From: Candidatus Heimdallarchaeota archaeon
Lineage (GTDB): Archaea; Asgardarchaeota; Heimdallarchaeia; Heimdallarchaeales; Heimdallarchaeaceae
NCBI GenBank assembly: GCA_016839945.1
Contig: JAEOTE010000118.1
Location: 1-22,845, forward strand
Reading direction: 5' to 3'
Length of the DNA stretch: 22,845 nt
Shown: positions 8,989 through 16,544 of the stretch, piece by piece
How positions within the stretch are numbered: position 1 is the stretch's first letter
How the letters are laid out: the number at the start of each line of letters is the position of its first letter
The notes under the pieces: generated by a model
Told to the model about the DNA's origin: nothing
What the model saw: only the letters and a program-made list of their open reading frames with translations
The model's database searches: none
Program-made: the position numbers and the translations under genes

Positions 8989-9076
8989 TTAAGCTGTTCT
9001 TTCTGTTTATCACTCATTCTTTTCAAATGCTAACATTTAATAAAAACCAACGTTTATCCATTTTGAGGTTATAATC

Positions 9077-9631
9077 ATGTCTTATGATCGTTATTATTAT
9101 AAGAAAAAATATGCTGGAGATTATTCAGCCTTTGGTACTGCTGCGGTTTTTACACTAGTTGGCATTCTCTCATTAATTTTTAATCGATTAGGTATTCCCT
9201 TCATTGGTTTAGCATATTGGGGGTATTGGCTTTTCATTCCTGCTTTCTTCATATTTATTGGAGCTATTAGTCATCTTTACTGGGATCGCAGGATGAGAGA
9301 TTCAGTTTTCTTTGCTGTTCAAAATCGCAGTGGACGAATTAGAATTGAAGCTTTTGCAGCAGAAGTTGGTATTAAACCACAAGATGTTCTACGAATACTT
9401 GTTGATCTTCGTGTTTCCAAAGGTATTCAATACAAATATGATGGTGCAACAGGTGAAATTATTTTTGGTGAGGACATACAATATAAACAAGCACCAGAGT
9501 TTGAAGAACCTATTCCTAAGCAACAAGTTGAAGTAATCTTTCCTTCCGGAGATGTAAACTATTGTCCTTATTGTGGCCATAAAGCTTCAGTAAACATGCA
9601 ATTTTGTGAAAATTGTGGTTCAAAACTGTAA
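9077..9631 (+). CDS. Membrane protein: 2 TM helices, winged-helix/PCI-like domain and C-terminal zinc ribbon
   Basis: Two hydrophobic segments; RIRIEAFAAEVGIKPQDVLRILVDL HTH-like segment with beta wing; CPYCG-x9-CENCG. Confidence 0.75.
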   Translation: MSYDRYYYKKKYAGDYSAFGTAAVFTLVGILSLIFNRLGIPFIGLAYWGYWLFIPAFFIFIGAISHLYWDRRMRDSVFFAVQNRSGRIRIEAFAAEVGIKPQDVLRILVDLRVSKGIQYKYDGATGEIIFGEDIQYKQAPEFEEPIPKQQVEVIFPSGDVNYCPYCGHKASVNMQFCENCGSKL

Positions 9632-9713
9632 TAATATCTTTCATTTTCTTTTTTTTCGTTAAAGCAAAATCTTGATACGAATCTTTTATTAATATTTAAT
9701 TTGTATCGAACCC

Positions 9714-10919
9714 ATGAGTTCAGAAAAAGCTAAAGTATATTTTGGTTCAATTCAACATGGAAAATGTGCAAGTTTTGCATCTCTTACAGCGAAAGCTGAC
9801 AAAATCACTGAATTGTTATTAGATGAGACACCAATTGAAAAAAAAGACAAAGTAGCAGTAAAAATGCATCTAGGATTTAACGAAGGATATCAAACCATTC
9901 CTGTATTTTTTGTTCGTCGAATTGTAGAAGCAGTAAAGAAAAGAGGAGGTTATCCTTTTGTTACTGATAATCCTACATCAGTTTATAATGCAGTTAATAG
10001 AGGTTATACTCAGGAAACATGTGGATGTCCGATTATACCTATAGCAGGTGTAAAAGATGGTTACACTACATCAGTTGAGGTTAACTATAAGGGAATAGAT
10101 ACTCTAGAGCTTGCTGGAGCTCTCAAAGATGCAGATGTTCTAATTGATTTGTCTCATGCTAAAGGACATGGTTCTTGTGGTTATGGGGGAGCAATCAAGA
10201 ATCTAGCTCTTGGAGGATATTCAGGACCTACTAGATGGAGAAAAATTCACGGAGCAGCACACATAGATGAATACTGGGATAAAGCAAAAGGCAACCCAGA
10301 ATTAGCAAAGAAATTGGTGGAGTCTTGTCCATATGGGGCACTAAGTTATGATGAAGAAAAAGATGAATTTAGAAGAAATTATCATGATTGTAGACAATGC
10401 ATGACTTGCTTACAGGTAGACGGAGGATTAGGAGCAGTAAAAGTACCAAAAGAAAGTTACACAAAGTTTCAGGAAATGATGGCAATAGCAACTAATGAGG
10501 TTTTGAAAACTTTTAAACCTGAAAAAGTCATGTATATTAATCATCTAATGCAGATCACGACCTACTGTGATTGTATGGGTTTAGGTATGTCCCCTATTGT
10601 TAATGACATAGGTGTCGTAGGATCTAAAGATATTGTTGCTATTGAAACAGCTACATTAGATCTTATTAAGAAGGAAGGTTTAATTGAGAAGAACATACCA
10701 CCCTACTTCAAGCACGTCAACCTTAATCCTGATGAAGATCTCCATCCTTTCACCCGCGTTCATGGTCCTTACAAAAATCCCTACGAAACAGTTCAATTTG
10801 CTGAAAAGCTGGGCTTGGGTACTTCTAACTATAAGCTTATCGAAATTCTATCTCCTGAGGAAACTATGAAGATGGAACCTCCAAAAAGAGAGTTTGAAGG
10901 GGAACCCACATTCTTCTAA
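9714..10919 (+). CDS. DUF362 family iron-sulfur protein
   Basis: VAVKMHLG, GGYPFVTD, LSHAKGH..CGYGGAIKNLALG, CPYGAL...CRQCMTC, YCDC, SKDIVAIE.A.LDL. Confidence 0.85.
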   Translation: MSSEKAKVYFGSIQHGKCASFASLTAKADKITELLLDETPIEKKDKVAVKMHLGFNEGYQTIPVFFVRRIVEAVKKRGGYPFVTDNPTSVYNAVNRGYTQETCGCPIIPIAGVKDGYTTSVEVNYKGIDTLELAGALKDADVLIDLSHAKGHGSCGYGGAIKNLALGGYSGPTRWRKIHGAAHIDEYWDKAKGNPELAKKLVESCPYGALSYDEEKDEFRRNYHDCRQCMTCLQVDGGLGAVKVPKESYTKFQEMMAIATNEVLKTFKPEKVMYINHLMQITTYCDCMGLGMSPIVNDIGVVGSKDIVAIETATLDLIKKEGLIEKNIPPYFKHVNLNPDEDLHPFTRVHGPYKNPYETVQFAEKLGLGTSNYKLIEILSPEETMKMEPPKREFEGEPTFF

Positions 10920-11305
10920 TCTATATTTTCTTTATTCTTTCCTTTTTTTCCAAGCCAAGTTGCAACTATATCGATTATTAAACCATATACAATTCCTGCT
11001 CCGAATGTCATAAAACTCAATTGGTAATCCATAAGAAGAACAGCTGCAGAGGTTATTAATCCAAATATAGTGCCGCGTATACTAGCATTTAACCATTTTT
11101 GCCATTGTTCACCTTTAATGATTGTTATTCCTTCAGCTAAACCAATGAGCATACCTAAAATAACTCTCATACCCCAAATTCCGAGTAAGTATACTATATT
11201 TTCAAGATATGTCCCAGGAGTACGTTGCCCTACACCTATTATACAAATAACCCCTAGTACTGCACCAGTTAATGTAGATATCCAAAAACGTTTGTAGTTT
11301 ACCAT
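10916..11305 (-). CDS. Hypothetical 4-TM membrane protein
   Basis: Four Gly-rich hydrophobic helices (GAVLGVICIIG, GIVYGLIIDIVAT); start at ATG 11305. Confidence 0.75.
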   Translation of the reverse strand: MVNYKRFWISTLTGAVLGVICIIGVGQRTPGTYLENIVYLLGIWGMRVILGMLIGLAEGITIIKGEQWQKWLNASIRGTIFGLITSAAVLLMDYQLSFMTFGAGIVYGLIIDIVATWLGKKGKNKENID

Positions 11306-11432
11306 TTTTCTCAAAATCAGTTTATTTGATGTTGAATATAAATTCTACGTATTTACAACAACAGAAAAGAAGTCTGCAAGTCATATCGAACATTTTTTAA
11401 ATCTAGTTATCGTTTCTGACACAGTGAAAACT

Positions 11433-12362
11433 ATGAAATTGAAAGGTAGATCTCTTCTTTCTTTGAAGGATATTTCAGCAGAAGAAATCCGTTATCTTCT
11501 TGAACAATCCAAACGCTTGAAAGCTGATTTCAAAGCTTACAAACGTGACAAACCTCTTTCAGGTTTGACTCTTGGAATGATATTTCAAAAACGATCAACC
11601 CGAACAAGAGTTTCTAGCGAAGTTGCTATGTACTTTCTAGGTGGTCATGCTCTTTTCTTAGGTGCTTCTGATATTCAGTTAGGAGCAGGTGAAACCATTA
11701 AAGATACAGCCCGCGTTCTATCTAGAATGGTTGATGGGGTATTAGCAAGAGTTTTTGCACATGAAGATGTAGAAGAATTAGTCAAATATTCTACTATACC
11801 CATTATTAATGCCTTATCTGATAAATATCACCCACTTCAAATCCTTGCTGATTTATTAACAATTGAGGAACACAAAAATCGATTAGCAGGATTAAAACTA
11901 GCTTGGATTGGAGATGGGAACAATGTCTGCAATTCATTACTGATTGGTTGTGCGAAAATGGGAATGCACATGAGTGTTGCCACACCTAAAGGATATGAAC
12001 CTCCAAGTGATGTGGTTGGTTTATCAAAGCAATTTGCGGAGGATACCGATGCCAAAATTATAATAACAAATGATGCAATTGCAGCAGTGACAGATGCAGA
12101 CATAGTAGTAACTGATACATTTATTTCCATGGGGGAAGAGGAGGAAGAACAAAAGAAATTAGCAGCATTCAAAGGTTATGTAGTGACAGAAGAACTTTGT
12201 TCCAATGCAAAAACAGATTATATTTTCCTCCATTGTCTTCCATATAAGAAGGTTGAAGTTACAGAGAAAGTATTTGAAAGTGAACACTCAGTAGTCTTTG
12301 ATGAGGCGGAAAATCGTCTTCATACAGTTATGGCTGTTTTAAAAGCTTTCATGACTGATTAG
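11433..12362 (+). CDS. argF: Ornithine carbamoyltransferase
   Basis: FQKRSTRTR, DTARVLSR, HPLQ.LAD, GDGNN, D.F.SMG, FLHCLP, AENR; alternative GTG start at 11424. Confidence 0.96.
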   Translation: MKLKGRSLLSLKDISAEEIRYLLEQSKRLKADFKAYKRDKPLSGLTLGMIFQKRSTRTRVSSEVAMYFLGGHALFLGASDIQLGAGETIKDTARVLSRMVDGVLARVFAHEDVEELVKYSTIPIINALSDKYHPLQILADLLTIEEHKNRLAGLKLAWIGDGNNVCNSLLIGCAKMGMHMSVATPKGYEPPSDVVGLSKQFAEDTDAKIIITNDAIAAVTDADIVVTDTFISMGEEEEEQKKLAAFKGYVVTEELCSNAKTDYIFLHCLPYKKVEVTEKVFESEHSVVFDEAENRLHTVMAVLKAFMTD

Positions 12363-13252
12363 TTGGAAACAACTATTATCTTTTCTTTTTTCAATGTTGA
12401 ACGCTCTTTTTCAAGTTCCCTTTTAGTTTCTTCTTTTGCTTGTAGTATTTGATCTCCAATTTGATTTGATATTTTTCTTCTGATTTTTGGAAATAGATTT
12501 GTGAACCAGACTAGAACTGTGAACATGCCTGGTTTAATTAAATCTCTCTTTGGTTTGACTAATAAATCAACAATATTCCTAACTAATTTAGAAACTTTGT
12601 ATACTTTAAAAGAACCATGTCCAACATTTGCTACTTCGTGAAAATTGGTATCATAAGGACCTGGTAAAACAGTTGATACATTTATCCCATATCCTTTTAC
12701 TTCTTCTCTTAATGCATCACTAAAGGTTTTTACCGCTGATTTTGTCGCACTATAAACTGCGAAAGGATAAGGTGGAAGTAAAGCTAGAGTAGATGAAAGA
12801 TTAATTATATGTCCCTCACCTTGTTCCTTCATTATTGGTAAAACCTTCTTTGTCAATTTCACTAGTGCTAAGAAATTTGTTTCAACTAATTCATCTATTT
12901 CATCTTCTGGTTGTTCTGAGAATAAACTAACTTTGCCTAATCCAGCATTATTTACTAAAACATCTATTCTACCAAATGCCTTTATTGTAAGATCAACAAT
13001 TCGTTCTCTATCTTCTCTATTTCTTACATCTCCAACTATAGGTAAAACTTTGACTTTCAATTTCTTCAGCTGATATGCTACATGTTTAATTTTCTTTTCC
13101 CGCCTTGCCACTATCACTAGATTTGGTTTCATAGGCGCTAAAGCTAATGCTAGTTCTTTTCCTATTCCAGAAGAAGCTCCTGTAATTATTATGATAGAGC
13201 CTTCAAGATTCCCCTTTATCTTTTTCACAGTAGCACTATTCATAGGAATCAT
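12359..13252 (-). CDS. SDR family NAD(P)-dependent oxidoreductase
   Basis: TGASSGIG, LVNNAG, YSATK, V.PG; start uncertain (13252 or 13243). Confidence 0.93.
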   Translation of the reverse strand: MIPMNSATVKKIKGNLEGSIIIITGASSGIGKELALALAPMKPNLVIVARREKKIKHVAYQLKKLKVKVLPIVGDVRNREDRERIVDLTIKAFGRIDVLVNNAGLGKVSLFSEQPEDEIDELVETNFLALVKLTKKVLPIMKEQGEGHIINLSSTLALLPPYPFAVYSATKSAVKTFSDALREEVKGYGINVSTVLPGPYDTNFHEVANVGHGSFKVYKVSKLVRNIVDLLVKPKRDLIKPGMFTVLVWFTNLFPKIRRKISNQIGDQILQAKEETKRELEKERSTLKKEKIIVVSN

Positions 13253-13318
13253 TGATTTACCTAAATTAGGATATAAAAGAACCACAATTATTATTATTTG
13301 ACACTTCTGAATTAGATT

Positions 13319-14404
13319 ATGGTTGTGAAAATCTTTACTGACGATGATGGACAGCTTGATGTTCTTTCAGGTTTAACTGTTGGAGTAATTGGTTATGGTA
13401 ATCAAGGGAGAGCTCAAGCATTGAACATGAGAGATTCTGGTCTCAAAATTATCATTGGAAACAAAAAAGACGAATTTAAAAGAATGGCTGAAGATGATGG
13501 TTTTGATGTTTTTCCTATAGATGAAGCTGCAAAACAAAGCGATGTTATTTTTCTTTTAATTCCAGACGAAGTAATGAAAGAAGTTTATGAAACCAATATT
13601 AAGGGCTTTTTTAGAGAAAATGGAGCATTGGTTTTCGCTAGTGGATATAATATTGCTTTTAACATAATTAAACCTTCGAAAAACTACGATGTTCTTTTGA
13701 TTGCACCTAGGATGATCGGAAGAGGTGTTCGAGAACGTTTTCTTACTGAAGAAGGATTTTATAGTTTCGTTCATGTTGAAAATGATTCTTCAGGAAAAGC
13801 AACAGATATTCTACTAGCTCTTTGTAAATCTATAGGTACTCTAACAAAAGGAGCGATAGATGTTTCGTTCAAACAAGAAGCTGTTCTAGATTTATTCAAT
13901 GAACAAGCTTTTGGTCCTGCTTTTGGAAGAGTTCTTTTAACAAGTATTTACACATTAATAGATGCAGGTTATCCAGAAGAAGCTGTTTTAATAGAGATGT
14001 TTATGTCTGAAGAAATGAGCTACACTTACAAAAAAATGGCCCAAGTTGGATTAGTAAAACAAGTAGATTTCCATTCTCAGACAAGCCAATATGGAGCAAT
14101 GAGCAGAGGAATTAAATTCAGAAAACTTCCTTTAAAGAAAACAATGAAAGAAATTTTAGAAAATATTGAAAGTGGAAATTTTGCAGAAGAATGGAAAAAG
14201 AAAACCTCTAAAGCCAAGTTTAAGTTCATAAAATTCTTTGCTTCTAAAACCAGAATTAATAGATTAGAACAAAAAGTACGAAAGAAACTTAAGATGAAAG
14301 TAATAGATGAAGATTATCAAGAGCCTATAATTACTGATCCTTCAGTTCTTAAGGAAATTAAAAAGGAACTAGATGAGTTTGAAAGGTATTTTCAAGATTT
14401 CTGA
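13319..14404 (+). CDS. ilvC: Ketol-acid reductoisomerase (divergent, Sulfolobus IlvC2-like)
   Basis: GYGNQGRAQALNMRDSG, LIPDE, FASGY, APRMIG, DLFNEQ, HSQTSQYG. Confidence 0.88.
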   Translation: MVVKIFTDDDGQLDVLSGLTVGVIGYGNQGRAQALNMRDSGLKIIIGNKKDEFKRMAEDDGFDVFPIDEAAKQSDVIFLLIPDEVMKEVYETNIKGFFRENGALVFASGYNIAFNIIKPSKNYDVLLIAPRMIGRGVRERFLTEEGFYSFVHVENDSSGKATDILLALCKSIGTLTKGAIDVSFKQEAVLDLFNEQAFGPAFGRVLLTSIYTLIDAGYPEEAVLIEMFMSEEMSYTYKKMAQVGLVKQVDFHSQTSQYGAMSRGIKFRKLPLKKTMKEILENIESGNFAEEWKKKTSKAKFKFIKFFASKTRINRLEQKVRKKLKMKVIDEDYQEPIITDPSVLKEIKKELDEFERYFQDF

Positions 14405-14416
14405 CATTAGAGGTTT

Positions 14417-15283
14417 CTAGTCAAGTACATACTCTTTTTCTATTTCATCCAATATTTCTATAATTTTCTTTCTTTGAGGTGAGGTTGCACCTTTTTTATC
14501 GATTAATGCAATATTTGGTTTTTCTAGTGTTTTTTGAAATGCTTCTAGAATTCTCTCTTTAGTTAAAAAATCAAGTGTATGTTTAGCTGCCATATGACTG
14601 ACGTAAGCCTTTTCATTTTCCATTAAATGTTTATGAAAACGATAAGCATAATGATTACCACCAAATCCAACAAAACAATCCTCCTTAAAATCTGATTTAT
14701 TAATAAATTTTATAGCTGTATTAATTATTGATTCACCGACAGCTAAAGCAGCACTTTCATTTTTCCAGTATTTTTCACTACTTCCTAACTCCATATAAAT
14801 TAAAGGTGTGTTTAAGTTTGTAGGACCATGATGAGTAACTTCTAAATCTACTTTAAATTCTTCTAGATTGTATTCATCCTTCTTTCCTTGTAATTCGTAT
14901 AATCCTTGTTTTAAAACCCATCCCGATGTATAAGACAATTCATTTTCGTTTCCCCCAAGAGTAATCTTAGACCAATTACCAGTAGGGTGAATTAATAATG
15001 CAGGAGTTCCAGACGCTGATCTGTGTCTACTTGCAAAAATGTATAATTTTGAATCCAAAGCTTGGTCTAGATGGTTACTTTCCACTCCATCTTTTTTTGA
15101 ATGAACTAATTTAATATTGTTAGGATTGCTTTCAAGTTCATAAACTGGATGATTATCAAAAGTAGTGTCTGATTCCTTAAAATATGAATGATTTTGTAAA
15201 GTGTTCCATATTGTGTTAGCTGCTAAATCAGGTTCAGGGATAATAATAATCACTTTTGCATTAATTGACAATCCTAACACCAA
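14417..15283 (-). CDS. dtdA: Archaeal D-aminoacyl-tRNA deacylase (DTD2/GEK1 family)
   Basis: FASRHRS..G.P.L..HPTGN, EVTHHGP, ELGS, GFGGNHY. Confidence 0.92.
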   Translation of the reverse strand: MVLGLSINAKVIIIIPEPDLAANTIWNTLQNHSYFKESDTTFDNHPVYELESNPNNIKLVHSKKDGVESNHLDQALDSKLYIFASRHRSASGTPALLIHPTGNWSKITLGGNENELSYTSGWVLKQGLYELQGKKDEYNLEEFKVDLEVTHHGPTNLNTPLIYMELGSSEKYWKNESAALAVGESIINTAIKFINKSDFKEDCFVGFGGNHYAYRFHKHLMENEKAYVSHMAAKHTLDFLTKERILEAFQKTLEKPNIALIDKKGATSPQRKKIIEILDEIEKEYVLD

Positions 15284-15347
15284 TGTTAACTAATCAAAAG
15301 AAAGGAGATTTTTAAATTTAGAGTTGTATATTAACTAGAAATTCATT

Positions 15348-16385
15348 CTAATCCTCATATTCAACTTGAAAGTGGCCTTTAGTTACTTCTTTAACATCTT
15401 CTAAAACATTTAACTTCAGATCTATCTCCTGTTTTGTTGTAACTGGGAGGTTGTAGAACTTATTGATATATTCTGCTTCTTCATATTTTTTGGAATTCTC
15501 CTTAATAAAGTCAATATGTTTCTGAATCCTATTACTGTTATGCTCATTTGCGAATTCTACAATATCATTTATACCTGAAAGAATTAAATCATAAAAACGC
15601 TCATCTATTTCTAGACCAATGCTATTCCTTGCTGAAGTCATTGCAGCAAACATAGTTGTTCCAGTTCCAATGAAAGGATCAAGAACAACATCTCCCTTAA
15701 TTGAGAACATATTGATTAGTCGATTAGCTAGTTCAAATGGGAACGCTGCGCTTCTTTCTCTCAAATTATCATTTCCTAACGCTTGTGGTATTCCCCTTAA
15801 ATCCCACATATCAGAAAACCAAATATTGCGTTCCTCCCAAAAATAAGCACTTTCTCTACGGACCTTACTCTCTTGTTCAGGTTTAAATTCTCGCTTTTTT
15901 CCTTTTCTTAAAATCAAAATGTGTTCATGTTCCAATGTAATGTAAGCGCTGGGTGGAAGCATTCCTGAACCCATGAATTTTGTAGGAGCATTTGTTTGTT
16001 TTCGCCAAATAATTCCAGGTAAGGAATAAAAGCCCAATTTCGAAAATGTCTGTAAAATTCTAGAGTGTGAAGGATACAAACAAAAATTCTCTCCTATTTT
16101 TCTAGTAGTATCGCCGACATTTATACAAATTATTCCCCCTTCTTTCAGAACCTTATTTATTTCACACCATACTTTATCAAGTTCTTGATGCATTAATTCG
16201 AATGCAGTAAACCCATCATTTGTTTCAAGGGCATGTTTAATTTTTGGATTCGATTCAGAAAACAGAGAATCCCATATTTCAACTAGAGGATATGGAGGAG
16301 ATGTAACCACCAAATCTATCGATTGTGATTGAATAAAATCTAGATTATTTGCATTTTCGAAGAAAATTTGGTGTGATGATTTCAT
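15348..16385 (-). CDS. Orphan beta-class N4-cytosine DNA methyltransferase, M.MthZI/M.MjaI/Zim-like (predicted CTAG)
   Basis: TSPPY precedes DPFIGTGTT. KFMGSGMLPP.AY.T.EHE and RRESAYFWEERN.WFSD match the CTAG-family MTases as recalled. Confidence 0.88.
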   Translation of the reverse strand: MKSSHQIFFENANNLDFIQSQSIDLVVTSPPYPLVEIWDSLFSESNPKIKHALETNDGFTAFELMHQELDKVWCEINKVLKEGGIICINVGDTTRKIGENFCLYPSHSRILQTFSKLGFYSLPGIIWRKQTNAPTKFMGSGMLPPSAYITLEHEHILILRKGKKREFKPEQESKVRRESAYFWEERNIWFSDMWDLRGIPQALGNDNLRERSAAFPFELANRLINMFSIKGDVVLDPFIGTGTTMFAAMTSARNSIGLEIDERFYDLILSGINDIVEFANEHNSNRIQKHIDFIKENSKKYEEAEYINKFYNLPVTTKQEIDLKLNVLEDVKEVTKGHFQVEYED

Positions 16386-16544
16386 CTTAATCCTCTTTTT
16401 AACTTGGATGAAAGTTGCTTAATCACATAAAATCTTGATTCATATATAATTGTTTAGAATAACTTTCTAGATAAAAGCAGAACGAAAGATTTTTTTATTT
16501 CATACCTAGTTATCACAACCATTATCTCAAAATTGTAAAGATAA

